DNA of 63,321 bases, filler included, from Globobulimina sp. (Eukaryota): NCBI GenBank assembly GCA_003354225.1. It is 21 parts of 21 records of this genome, joined end to end, with 100 filler letters (N's around TTAATTAATTAA, not from the genome) between each part and the next. Parts side by side here need not be neighbours in the genome. Positions count along the whole stretch, not along the records: positions 48,331 to 51,249 come from PIVH01004370.1; positions 51,350 to 54,267 come from PIVH01004371.1; positions 54,368 to 57,285 come from PIVH01004372.1; positions 57,386 to 60,303 come from PIVH01004373.1; positions 60,404 to 63,321 come from PIVH01004374.1; 16 more parts are not named here. One strand, written 5' to 3'. Under the pieces are notes generated by a model. That model was not told the DNA's origin. It searched no databases and saw only the letters and a list, made by a program, of their open reading frames with translations. The position numbers and the translations under genes were made by a program. Positions 49,130 to 61,785 of this stretch are shown here, piece after piece. Positions within the stretch are counted from its first letter, which is position 1, and the number at the start of each line of letters is the position of its first letter.

Positions 49130-49490
49130 TCTACTTGATTTAAACGTAATAATAAACGAGCTTTTCTTTGATAATATGCCATCACGTCTAAAACCTCAGC
49201 AACACCAATCCATAATCTTATGTGCAGCATAATACATGAGAACGCTGCATCCGCTTATCATCAGCAATTGACAGGCACATACACGGGTGGTATATACCAT
49301 TTTTGCACTCGTTGAAAATGACGAGGGGATGGTTAGTTTCGTAGGTAGAGGGGAAATTGATTTCTTAAAGTTTTGAAGATTGTCACAATATCAATATACT
49401 GCAATTAACACAGACATGCAAACATTTATTGGTGGCAAAGCTGGAGACAGTTCACAAAATTCATATTATTTATTTTACGAAGAAGCAGAG
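49130..49490 (+). pseudogene. Frameshifted USP His-box remnant
   Basis: LDL ... NLMCSIIHE ... TGG[frameshift]YTIFALVEND ... NSYYLFYEE resembles the USP C-terminal motifs (H...GHY...AYLLFY). Confidence 0.45.
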
Positions 49491-49725
49491 ATTAACAATG
49501 ATTCAGTTATATTTTATGAACCCAATATTGAATGTAACTTCTTGAAAGGAGAGCAAAATATGAATAAATATCAAAGGTTTTTGTTTTACAAAGCATTGTA
49601 TAGGTTTCATTTATAAGAGTTTTTTTTCTTTCGCTTACAGACAACGCCAATGACGGCCAAACACTTTGACTAAAATATAGTTAATGCACATTTAACGACA
49701 CGGAAAACACATTTTCATTTATTCA

Positions 49726-51249
49726 ATGACAAAAACACATAAAGTCAATGGACAACAACTTAATGAACTTGAAAATGTCCTGAAAGAGATGAATATGTAT
49801 ATTAACAACCAATGCAATGAATATCATCGGATTTTATGGAAGAAATCATTAATTATCGGAGATGCATATATGCAAAAAGATTATTCATTAATTAGAGATA
49901 AACTGCAGTTTATCGAATATGATGCCAAATTGCAGAAACTATGGATTTCTACACAACGGAATGATGAATTGATTTGTTACTTAATTGATGGAAGCACCGC
50001 TTCAATTTACAAAAACATTAAATGTAAATTTGAATCCACAAATATCGAATCTTGGCAACATAGCCACATTTATTATTTTTTTATATTAAACTGTGATCAC
50101 AAAGATATTAAAACCGTTTTTATCACACAGAATTATCCAAATTTTATGATGGAAACAGTTATAGATTATTTACCTAAAATATGTTATGCTACATTACATT
50201 TTCATAAATGCCATGGAGGATATTGGGATAAATTGGACAGAGAATGGCAAAGCGTCATGAAAGAAACACTCCAATTTAAAATTATAAATTTTGATATAAT
50301 CAACAATAAAAATGGTGCGAACCAAATTGAATTAGTAAATAAATTTAATAAAACCGCTTGCAATGTTAACGATTTTAATATTTTGAGATTACAATGTTTT
50401 GGAGGTTGGAGCAACAGACAACATTTAAAATTAAACAACAAATTACAGGAAATCATGGCGGGCGCGCACTGGGCATCAAATCCTCCTGTTTATCCGCCTG
50501 AATTTCAAGTGATCAAGAGATGGATTGACAATTTTAAACAAAAAATAAGTGATTTTGTATCGTACTGTTGCCAAATTAAGGAGAATGAGAAACATTTAGA
50601 TCGATATCTAGATAATATTGATAAAAATAAAAAAGAATATTATAAATGGATTGAATGTAAAGTTGCTGCAGTGGCGAATTTAAAGAATGAATTTTTATCA
50701 ATTTATTTGATTGATTTTCAAAAAAGGAATGAAATACAATGTGATATCAACAATTTGCATCAAATAAAAGAAGAACTATGTTCTGTTCAATGTAGATATG
50801 AGAATTCCATTTGTTTATCATTTGCACAAATATGCAGAGCATACAGTTATGATTCTATTCGTATTCAAAACGTCATAGCTCTGCAATATAAAAAACTTAC
50901 CAATGAAACGGAACAAAATATATTAAATTATGATAAATTGTTTGAAGCAATTTTAAATAAACAGGAAATATTCAAATCCGGTGAGTTATGGGAAAAGATG
51001 ACATATTTCGAGGATAAATTATTAAAAATGGAGGTGATCACTAATACATTGAATAATTTCAAAAAAGACATAAAACAAAAGATATTACTATTTACAATAC
51101 GGGAATCACAATTATTTAATACAAAAGAGATTGATTTGTGTACACAATATTTGGTTGGTATAACAGACAGTTTATGGAATAAAATTAGTAAATGCAATAT
51201 CAAGTATTTAAAAACTATGTATGATATGATTATGATTGAAAGAAAGCAA
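49726..51249 (+). CDS. Large orphan protein, 3' truncated
   Basis: Over 500 aa open frame; weak similarity to the 12092/15139 domain. Confidence 0.6.
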
Positions 51250-51812
51250 NNNNNNNNNNNNNNNNNNNNNNNNNNNNNNNNNNNNNNNNNNNNTTAATTA
51301 ATTAANNNNNNNNNNNNNNNNNNNNNNNNNNNNNNNNNNNNNNNNNNNNAAAACAATATGATGACATGAAATGGAGCGGCTGTATTATGGGATGTTATCA
51401 TTTTGGTGATCGGATAAAGACCATTTTATTATCTATTCAACTTGAAGGAAAGCACTGAGATTTTCGACTTTTATAATTTATAAATTATATTATTTACATT
51501 TTCCAAACATTTGCATTCGCATTGTTTTTGTTATGTTATATTTAATTTAACATTGGAATAAATGGCATGACAGACATTCGTCACTAAAAATAACATTTTT
51601 TCATTTTTTTGATCGATCTACATAAAGCCAGCAAATTCCCTATTTCCCTTAGTAAATTATCCAGCTTAATAAAACTAAGATATCTGATATCCTTTAAAAC
51701 TCTGGTAAAATGTTGTTTTTTACCAAAACGTTTTTTCATCTAAACCTTAACCATACCAACGATTGAAACAATATCGTTTGGATATTGGCCACAGCTCACT
51801 TATTTAACATAA

Positions 51813-53962
51813 ATGACAGAATACGAGGTCAAATGCCCTCAAACATGGGCATGGTACACGGTATGGCAAATTCGTTTGTTTTTTAATTTATTTTTGATTT
51901 AATGCAAAATGACGTATCCATGCACTGTCACTGTCACTGTCATTGTCAAGGGCTATGTCCATGATTATAACGAGTCGCAAAAGAAGCTGTCGATAAAATA
52001 CGCTGATGATTGGAAATCACCAGAATGGATTGATTTGGCATCCGTCCGTTATAAATACGACAGTAATTTAGCAAATGATTCATGGCGGCCTTCGTATAAC
52101 GAAGAAGTTGAATGTAAAGCCAGAGCAGAAGAACGTGAACCATATGGCTGGTGGCCGTGTAAAGGAAAGAAATATGATGGATCAGCAAACGACGCTGACA
52201 TTAACAACAATAATGCATCGGAGGAGCTATATAGTGTGGCATTCATCGGTTGGGGCGATCAACACAATGAGATATTGGGCATTGAGTACATTCGAAAGCG
52301 ATCCACCTCCGCCGCTTTGTCGGTGATTAAGAATATGTATAAACAAATGTATGTGGTGCCCATTGAATTGAAGGAGTGGGTCTTGACCCATTGCGCCAAC
52401 AAAACCATATTAGAGACCTTGATGCCACACAAAAACATCTCCTCGCAAATAATCCATATCGCCTATTTAGAGAAAACAAACAAATTATTATTGATTGGCG
52501 TGAAGAGAGTGTTGATAACCATGAAGGATATCATATATTGTTTTTTTGAGAAACAGAAATCTTTGTTGAAATTGGAGGATAAGACCAAGAGATTGGAGGA
52601 GGAGTCCAAGAGGAAGAAAAATGAGGAGTTGAAAGCAGACAAATACACTTTTAACATCCATCCCTTATTAAGTGGCTATTTACGGGGTCGCGGAGGTAGT
52701 AATATCGAGCGAGTGAAGCGAATGTTTAATGATAATATCATACGAATTGAGCCCCAAAATGGTTCGTGTTATATTGCGGCAAAAGACAAAACCGCTCTGA
52801 ATAACGCCGTGGATCAGTTACAAATCGTTTGCAAGAAAGTTATTATTCCCAGGGATGAAATGGGACAAATTATTGGCAGCCAAGGCAAACAAATTCAAGA
52901 TATTAAGAGGAAATCACAAGTCATTAAAGTTATTTCGTGGTTCAAATGGCCTTTAGAGTTGAGCGCATTTTCGCATTTTATATTATTTATCCTTGCACTC
53001 ACACACAACCACAATAATATAGGTTTCAAACGTTAAAAGATATTCAAACCCATCGGTATCGGCCATCCTATTATAACAATAATGGCAATAATAATAATGA
53101 AGAGTATGGAGCGAATAATGAGGCAAACAACACAGACATACCCGATATAATTAAGAATGCGACGGTGGACAACATATTTGATGATGAGAGTGATATTATT
53201 GACCTATCCATTGGCTACGAGAATAATTTTATAAATTATAATGAGGGCAATGATGAGGACAATGAGGAGGAGGACGAGTATGAACAGGAGGATAAGGACA
53301 AGGATAAGGAAAAAGAAAAGGAAAAACTAAAAGAGCGGGATAAGAATAATGATGCATTGGTGATAATTGGTAGGAAATCACGTGTCGAATTGTGCATTTT
53401 TATGATTGAAATGACATTGAATCATTTTCGAACTATTACAAAGACCAGGAATAATGTACGCTTATTGCGACAAAAAATAAATAAGATCAAAGGCAATCCA
53501 ATTCCAAATTATTCACCGCGAGGCAGACGAAAGTATCCACCGCGTGATTCCCGGCAACAATCATCAAATTATAAGGATGAACAAAAAGATTCGCCAAAAC
53601 AACAAAGGGATGGACGCGATCGAAGAGATCGAAGGGATCGAAGACGTGGCCGATATCAACAGAGAGGCGGAAGATATCAAAGACAGAAATATGATCAATA
53701 TCAAAATGGTAATAGTAATAAACCATATGAGCACTATCAGAAAAAGACAGAAAAATATCAACAACATGATGAGGATGGACAGCAACAAAAACAACAGAAA
53801 CAGCAACCATTGGATGAGGGAGGAAAACCTCAACAACACCCATACGATGAGAATGCACAGCAATATGAGTCTAACAACACTGGTAAAAAAAGAAGAAACA
53901 GACCGCGAAAAAGAAGAGAGAAAAATACGGCAAATGATGACAATGACAATAATAATGAATAA
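51813..53962 (+). CDS. FMR1: FMR1/FXR-family RNA-binding protein (introns 51861-51950 and 52958-53022)
   Basis: Tandem Agenet (EVECKARAEEREPYGWW, NEILGIEYIR), KH1 GYLRGRGGSNI, KH2 IPRDEMGQIIGSQGKQIQDI, and an R/G/Q-rich tail. Both introns restore frame. Confidence 0.8.
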
Positions 53963-54367
53963 CACTCAAAACTATCTTTTTGTGAACGCTTTTTTGACTC
54001 TTCCAATTATAATATTTATACACTATGCTTTTTTTTTCATTCGGAATTAATGACATTTAAAAAAAACCAATCTCCCAATATTTTTGTTTTGTATTTTTTA
54101 TTTTTTTATATCAATTCGCATAATATTAATATAAGCTATATGTTTTTTTGTTTGTTTTTGTCGTTGCATATTTTTTTGACATTTAATTTAAAAGATGAAT
54201 AGGTTACAAACACGTTTTTTGACTCTTATTTCCACAGAGATTTGCTTACTTTTTTTTTTTTATCCTGNNNNNNNNNNNNNNNNNNNNNNNNNNNNNNNNN
54301 NNNNNNNNNNNTTAATTAATTAANNNNNNNNNNNNNNNNNNNNNNNNNNNNNNNNNNNNNNNNNNNN

Positions 54368-54852
54368 ATGTCTGATGGTTTGGAGGTGGATGGTGCCTGA
54401 CGTAGCTTTTCATGATGTTTGTTGTGATCGTTTTCCTTTTGTTTGAGTACTCTCTGTTTCGTATTTAAGTTATCCGCAGTTTCAACTGTTTCATGTTTGT
54501 TGTTGATATGTGGAGACCAATAAGTGTCCAGTAAGTAATCCATTTGTTCCACGGACATCCTCGTACTTCGGGCATGGATATAAATTGGATCCCAACCATT
54601 GCTGCTTAGTTCTGAGGATATGGAGTGAGTGTAAGATAATGGAGGCTCAGTGTTTATGCTGGAGACTTGTTGATCTTTTGGAATGTTGTTGATTGTAAAA
54701 GGATGCGCGAAATTAATATTTGGATGCGATATTTCATCACGATTTCGTGACACAAATATTATCACACAAATAAACCATATGCATAACGATGCTATCATGC
54801 ATTTTGTGTGATTTATGCTTGAGATAAGCGATTGACTCTCACTTCGTTTCAT
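54368..54852 (-). CDS. Type II membrane protein N-terminus, truncated
   Basis: Short cytosolic tail, TM CMIASLCIWFICVIIFV, then a stem region. Confidence 0.5.
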
Positions 54853-54977
54853 TGTGATTCTGTTTTTATTTTTTCAACAAAATGTTACTTTATATCCTTG
54901 CACAGTGCAGCTTTAACAAACAGTATAAATTTATGATACAATGACTGCATAAAAACAACGGAAAAGTAAGGATGTTA

Positions 54978-55540
54978 TTATCTTGTTTCATTATTATCAT
55001 CGTATGCATTTGTGGGTGCATCTTCTTCGGCAAATGTTTTGTTTGAGCCACCCGCATTGTTATTAGAACTCTGTACATCTGTCGATTGCATGAAGGGTGG
55101 TGGCAAACTGCAGGGACTGACACGAAATATATACAATATCCATAAAATGACATATAAAAATGCCACTACTAAGGTAATGACAGCAACCGCTGTTTTAACA
55201 TCATGATATATTCCAACCAAAACCAAACATCCTAAAAATAAAAATGCCAATCCCCGACCTAAGAAATTCATATAAAATGGAATCATTGCATTTAATGTGG
55301 GTGGAATATAAAACACCATGATGATAATCAATACACCAAATAGAAAAACGTAGGCTGGGATTATAACACCAACGAAAGTGCCGTGGAATGATACGCATGC
55401 TGCTACGATTAGCAATATCCCTTTATATGTTTCATATATCATTGTTATCACAGCACGCAAATGCGTAGGTTGTTGCACGTATATTACAAACCAACAATGA
55501 GATCAAATACATTGAATATTGAGTTTGTTGCCCAAGCCAT
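54978..55540 (-). CDS. TVP15/COPI-associated Golgi membrane protein (intron 55421-55491)
   Basis: FYMNFLGRGLAFLFLG motif; the spliced start MAWATNSIFNVFDLIVG|ILLI is in frame. Confidence 0.7.
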
Positions 55541-55601
55541 TTTGACATGCAATTTAGTAGTACGTCAAGCTAAAGCAAACAGTTTTAATATCAAATCAAC
55601 A

Positions 55602-56874
55602 ATGATGTCTTCCCAAACGTTATCTTCATTATTATTATTATTATTATTTATCTCAATGATCACCAGATATGCTTCTCAAATTGTGACCCCATTGACGCAC
55701 TTCACAATATCTGGAATCGCGATGCCACCAAATACATTAATGATGACAGGCTACGATTCCATAATCATGGAATATGGTTACTATTTCGATTTAACTACCA
55801 CTGCTTTCACAGATGATAGCAACAACTATCTACCATTTGTAACAACTCCGCGAATCCATTCGCAGAGTTCTACTCAAATGGGAACACTTTTGTACTTCCC
55901 ATTCAATGGAAAGCTACAAATATTCGACCTAACCAACGGTGAAATCAGTGGTACTATTTCACTCAGTTCCAATTTAAATGGCGTAACGTCGCCTTGCTTA
56001 GTGAATGATGGTAGATATATATTCCATATCGGAGGATATTATTATCCATCATCTAAGTTCAGCGTATATGACACAATGAATACTGTTTGGATCAATGGTA
56101 AGAGTCTGCAGCGTGCCACACGGTCACAAGCATGCGCCATATTGAATAACTATGTATATGTGTACGGAGGGTTGGGTTCTGCCACAATTGGAACTAATAT
56201 TAATGTCAATACTAACATTGCAAGAATATCTATAGCTGATATGTCAGCCATTTCCTCTGCAAATTGGGACAATAGTTTTGGATCAATGCAAGCCAATTAT
56301 TATAACAGCAGAAGTGTGGTGGTTGGGGATCTCGTGTATATCATTGGATGACGAAGGGGCGGAAGGGCCACTACAAATTATGGACCAGAACGGTAATATA
56401 CAAACAAGTAATGTCAGGACAGAAACTGCCAGGTCCTCGCCAGCTGATTTAATGGTGGTTGATAATGTTATTTATGTGTTTGGTGGGTATGATACTCAGG
56501 AAATGAGTACTTGGGAATATTGTAATGTTTTAGCATTGGTATGTTTACTAATGTTATGTTTCAACATATTGCCTCAACACTTGACTTATAAAATATAGGC
56601 AACGGATCATCCAACACGTGACCCAACAGATGATCCGACATGTGATCCTACAAAATGTCCAACATTGATGCCATCATTAACTCCATCACAATATCCAACA
56701 TTTGTTCCATCCATACCTCCAACAATGGCACCAAGCACAAACAATCCAACTGAAATGCCATCGAAATGGCCAAGTTCAATGCCTTCGGAAGTACCAAGTG
56801 CTGTACCGCCGAGATCACAAACTATGGATTTTTTAATTAAGGAGACTTTTGAAAAAACCCTAACCCAAAAGTGA
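55602..56874 (+). CDS. Secreted kelch-repeat protein with PT-repeat stalk; frameshift near 56348, intron about 56539-56598
   Basis: Signal peptide; kelch motifs IFHIGG, VYVYGG, VYIIG, IYVFGG; TDHPTRDPTDDPT repeats. Confidence 0.7.
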
Positions 56875-57064
56875 CCATTGATCCAAAAATGCTGAGAAAG
56901 CTAGTATCAATTAACATTTTCAACTAAAAACATCACACGGTCAGAACAAAAAAAACAGAACATCCAAAACAGAAACTTGAACACACATTTGATCAGTGGT
57001 TCAGATTTCTTTTTTGTTCCACCCATCAACTTACTTTATAGCAAATTTCTATTTTGGCAGATGT

Positions 57065-57285
57065 TTAGTTTTGATTTGTTGAAAGCCCATAAATCTCAAA
57101 TCCATGACAATGTACACGTGCGTAATCAGAACGACTTGAATTCTTTCCTGTGATATATATTCTGAACATTGTATATGATTTATTACAATTTGAAATGTCC
57201 CATGAATGACATTGTTTTGCTGCATTAATTGTTGTATCATTTGTATGTTTTTTGAGAAGCTCCCAATTTGAGCCATCAACACTTC
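57065..57285 (-). CDS. Discoidin/F5-8C-like (HECTD1-type) domain, C-terminal fragment
   Basis: Frame differs from the ORF track: SVDGSNWELLKKHTND...HSW...FRIYITGKNS...GFEIYG. Confidence 0.75.
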
Positions 57286-57854
57286 NNNNNNNNNNNNNNN
57301 NNNNNNNNNNNNNNNNNNNNNNNNNNNNNTTAATTAATTAANNNNNNNNNNNNNNNNNNNNNNNNNNNNNNNNNNNNNNNNNNNNTGTTAATCTCTGTAA
57401 ATAGGCGCAATTTGATACAATTTCAGCCTTTGACTTGTTACAATTTGTCGATATTTGCTTAAAAATTGTAAGGTCGATATCCGTGGATTTATTATTAGCT
57501 TTGTCATGTTTAGTTGTGTTGGATTGTGATTTCTTCAATATTTTGTTTGCCATTAATTATTACTTTGTTTGCTTTGAAAAAAAAAAGTAATAAAACAGTG
57601 TGATTTATGTGAAATATTTTGAAAAGAAAAATCTAATCATGATTTACAATCAATGGAATTCAATTGAAATGCACAATTATTGTATGCATAATCATTGTCA
57701 TGTAACTGTATTGTTTGGTGCTGTCAATAAATGACAAACATCAATATTTCTTAGTATTTAATTTGAAGAAAATGCAACAGATTTCATTAAGCTTCATTAA
57801 TTATTGGGTGTGCAAAATAGCTACAATAAATTATACAAAATATATATACATAAA

Positions 57855-58899
57855 TTAATCAGACGTTTCCTTATCAATCACAGCATTGTCATTGTTCTCA
57901 TTAAATTCATATCCATCGCCACTCCATCTATTACCAAAGACTTGCGCTGCGCTGCTATCCATAACCACTTTGGTCGAATATGAATATGACGGCGTTCCCT
58001 CCGGATTATCATTATCATTCTCACCGCCTCTATTTAGTATTTTATTCATTAATAAATCGCTTTCATCGAATACATCATCTTCTTCTTCAGTATCATGCTC
58101 ATTTTCAAATTGCTCTTCTTGTTTAATATCATTCCCAATCACATTTTCTTCCTTTTTATTCTCATTCTCATTGTCAACGTCAACGTTTTCATCATCTTCC
58201 AAGTTAGCGTTAGAAACGACTTTTACTTTCAATATAAACAAAAACATTATTTTTTGCGCATAAAAGAGACACAATGCAAGATTTTTAACTTTTTTTTATA
58301 TTCGCTGTATCTGTATCATCCGCTGCAATATCATGTGTACCAATTGATTCATTTGTTTTTTCTTCGCCTGTGGTCGGACTTTCTTTTTTGTTGCAATCAG
58401 CATCCGATGATTCAGGTTTTACTGCGGATTGATTGAGGTTTTCTTGTTGTTTATCTTCAGTGGAATCAAGCAAAACATTTTCTGGTTTATCTGTATTTGG
58501 ATTTGTTTCATCTGCAACATTGGTTTCATGTGCTCCATTTGCGTCATTTGCAGCGTTTGTTTCATTGGCTGCCTTTGTATCATTTGCAACGTTTGTTTCC
58601 TTCAAAGCATTTGCTTCCGGGATTGCAATTGATTTTTCTTCTTGCATTTGTTGATAATGATGCGCTGAGTCATTGTTATTTGCAGCTGATTTGATCTCAT
58701 CTTTTTCTGATTCTTCATTTTCTTTTTTATTCTGTGCAACCATGTCATCACTCAATACATTGGTATGTTCAGTATGGTATTGTGCAGATTTCTGTTTATT
58801 TTGAAAATACCAAACTGCCAATGAAGCTGCGCCAATAATTGCAAAACCAACTGCAATTTTTGCCATTTGTTTTGTTCTACGCGTTGGGTCAGGATCCAT
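57855..58899 (-). CDS. N-terminally anchored acidic low-complexity protein, two exons
   Basis: TM IAVGFAIIGAASLAVWYF, ETNVA/AND repeats and an acidic second exon. Confidence 0.55.
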
Positions 58900-59087
58900 G
58901 ATTTAAAGAAACTATATTAACGCGTTTAATTATATATTATATTCGGCTGATAAGTTGGGTCACGCTGAACTAGAATTAAAAAAAACTTTTATCCTAAATA
59001 TCTGAATGGATGTTTCTTCCACAAAAATTATCTTCTCCCAAATCAATTAAATTAACAAAACAATAAAACGCGGACTCAATGCAACAA

Positions 59088-60045
59088 TTAATGATAAGTA
59101 ATTTTATCTTTTTGCAGATGACCACAATCTCCAATTGCTGTCACAGACACTCTTCCCTCTGCATTAATTTTCAATTTTGTGATGGAACAATTATACAAAG
59201 CGAACCTCAACCACGCTTCCTCCGGAAATTGCAATGCTTTGCAGACAAAATATCTGAAACAATTCCCATGTCCTACAATCAGTATATTCTCATCCTTCTC
59301 GTTTACGTTTCTATGGAAATATGTGTCAAATGCTTGACGCATTCTTTTTGAATCAACATCCAAATCATCATAAAAACCTGAATCGCGAAGATCATTTCTA
59401 ACGGGAACACATATTGCTGGACAGCCTTCATTCAAATTCCCGTCAGATACTACATTATTTTTATGCTTTTGTCCCAGTTCATTTGCAATGATATCACATG
59501 TCTGCTGTGCTCGGATCATTTTTGAACAAATTATTTCATCATATTCAACGCCCAGACATTTCAAACGTTTTCCGGTTATCTTTGCTTGCTCTTTGCCTAA
59601 ATCTGTGAGTTTTTTATCAGGCGCTAAATCCGCATGAATGTACTGTCCATGGCGCACTGCATACAATGAATGCATAAAAAACAAATGTAATCAATATCGA
59701 TATCGGAATTTGAATGCAAAACAATAACGTAAACACGGACCGACCTAAAGTTACAGTGCGTGTTGAATTATTTGCAGAACGTGTTGTATGTCCATCCCAC
59801 GAATAATTCCATGCCGGGCATTGATATGGTTCATTGCTGGCAATTGATGCAGAGGCTGTTACTATTTTTTGTCTGTTTTGAAATGCATAAATTGCACTAA
59901 ATGTGCAAATGGATAATGATACTGCTGCAGCAGAGAAAAATGAAGATTTGTAGTGAATTTTGGAGCTAATGGAAGCATTTCGAGTGCTAATACGTGGTGT
60001 TAACGATTCTGATCTTCTAACACAAAACCTTAGACTTGAGAACAT
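59088..60045 (-). CDS. PGAM5: Mitochondrial Ser/Thr phosphatase PGAM5 (intron 59657-59744)
   Basis: WNYSWD motif, spliced TL|VRHGQY, LNEG, VGHGNCFRYFVCKALQFPEEAWLR, GDCGH. Confidence 0.93.
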
Positions 60046-60098
60046 GTTCCAAAACTAAGCTAAGATAAAACTTTATTAAAAATCAAAATTGTATCTGA

Positions 60099-60303
60099 AT
60101 GGCAGGTGAAACCAAACAAGAAATATTCTCACGTTTTACCATCAATCAATGTTTAAGAGCAAACAACGTTTCTTATGCACATTCAATGGATTTCAAACAA
60201 ATTGGTTTGATAAATAATCGGTATAAATTAACACAATTGTTATACCAAGGAAAATATGGCCAAGTTATTGAAGGATTTGATGAACGAAGAAAACAAAACG
60301 TTG
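60099..60303 (+). CDS. Protein kinase N-terminal fragment
   Basis: RYKLTQLLYQGKYGQVIEGFD resembles the Gly-rich loop, with the first Gly substituted. Confidence 0.55.
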
Positions 60304-60403
60304 NNNNNNNNNNNNNNNNNNNNNNNNNNNNNNNNNNNNNNNNNNNNTTAATTAATTAANNNNNNNNNNNNNNNNNNNNNNNNNNNNNNNNNNNNNNNNN
60401 NNN

Positions 60404-60666
60404 TGACATAAACTGCAATTAATATTAAGATGAACGACATTAAATGCTTTAATTTTAGTATTAAGACATTCAGCACAGTTTATTATGCAGGAATAGCCAG
60501 CTCTGCATCTTATTGTTCTGCTTCGACAATTCGTGCAATCAATTTGACAGTCATCGTCTGCATAACAGGTAATATTGTTACTCCATTGTTGTGAATCCAT
60601 TATTGTTAAGGATTTAGTCACATGAATGATGATGAAGAGTGTGAATGTTATTAGCAACGCTGACAT
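60404..60666 (-). CDS. Secreted Cys-rich surface protein, N-terminus
   Basis: Signal peptide, then ITC...CQIDC..C...IRC...CIINC repeats. Confidence 0.65.
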
Positions 60667-61038
60667 GTTGTCGGATATGATTTTTCAGGGCTGGTAATAA
60701 ATTGTACAAGTATTAATATTAATAACTCGAGATCGCGAAAAGTACATTATTCAAAAGTTAATAATCAATCAGGTGCATATGACGAAAATGTGTGATTTTG
60801 TGCGTAACTTTTATTTTATTAAAAATAAAAAAAATTCGTTTTAGGAATTTCGTTAGAGTTTCGGTGAAGGAGTTATAAGTCAGCCCTGAAAAATCATATC
60901 AGACAACATGTCAGCGTAGCTAATAACATTCACACTCTTCATCATCATTCATGTGACTAAATCCTTAACAATAATGGATTCACAACAATGGAGTAACAAT
61001 ATTACATGTTATGCAGACGATGACTGTCAAATCGATTG
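60536..61038. repeat. 158-bp inverted duplication (60536-60693 / 60881-61038)
   Basis: Reverse-complement copies with about 4 substitutions, including TTG>TAG; 187-bp spacer. Confidence 0.9.
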
Positions 61039-61634
61039 ATGACGATGCGTTTGGTGACATTTTAGAAGACGCCATCACAGAACAAACTGGACAGGATATT
61101 GAGGTTGATGTTGATGTAGAAATACATCAAGAAATAACTGTTTCGGCCAATGGAAACTCGCCATTTTTAGGGTTGGCCGAAGGTGTACAATATTTATTGG
61201 TTGCTGGCTTATTATTTATCATAATTTTATTAATTTGTTCGGTTACACTTTGCTGCATTTTGAGATGGAAAAATAAGAATGTCTCAGTTGATCAAAACAC
61301 AGTGAAGGCCCAACATAAAAGTGTGCCGACTGCGTCTCCGGTGGTTGATGATGGTGAAGTTGCAGGGAATACATTTAATACATTTCCGTTTATAGGCAAA
61401 TCAAATACGGATTTCGAATTAAGTGATATTGATTTACAGAAAAAGAGATCTAATAATTATAATCCCGTCATGCTCAAACAGAAAAAGGCTCAAATGTTAA
61501 ATATTGCCATACCAGCACTACCTCAGTTACCTCCGCCTATACCTCCGGTGCACGAAGCAGATGGACCAACAAATAGATTTACCGGAGATAATGCATTTGA
61601 TGATGATTTTAGTCAAAGATTTTTTAGTGTGTAG
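61039..61634 (+). CDS. C-terminal part of a single-pass membrane protein fused behind the duplicated 5' end
   Basis: TM YLLVAGLLFIIILLICSVTLCCIL plus a cytosolic tail; out of frame with the duplicated ATG. Confidence 0.5.
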
Positions 61635-61785
61635 TGTGTGCTTAATTTTATTGGTTTTAAGGATCTTTATTCTTTTAGGTGTAGACTTTGAGCTATTTCA
61701 GGATCTAGAAACAATAATTTTAAAAGTAGCATTTTAAAACCAGACATTACTATTTGTTTCAGGTTTTGAAATGCAACGCATGAAA

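Noticed and set aside
53487-54056. Overlapping ORFs in several frames at the FMR1 tail
   Set aside because: Shadow ORFs of low-complexity coding sequence; the same applies to most short antisense ORFs in the track.
56340-56355. Programmed frameshift or selenocysteine TGA in the kelch gene
   Set aside because: The continuation is in another frame and there is no slippery site; a small indel (error or pseudogenisation) is simpler.
57049-57282. ORF-track protein MLMAQIGSFSK...
   Set aside because: Wrong frame; the adjacent frame encodes a recognisable discoidin-like domain.
2924-60403. Regularly spaced TTAATTAATTAA palindromes as a biological repeat array
   Set aside because: They are always embedded in N-runs at a near-fixed interval, so they are artificial linkers. 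Cross-spacer synteny and the X-containing ORF ends are meaningless.
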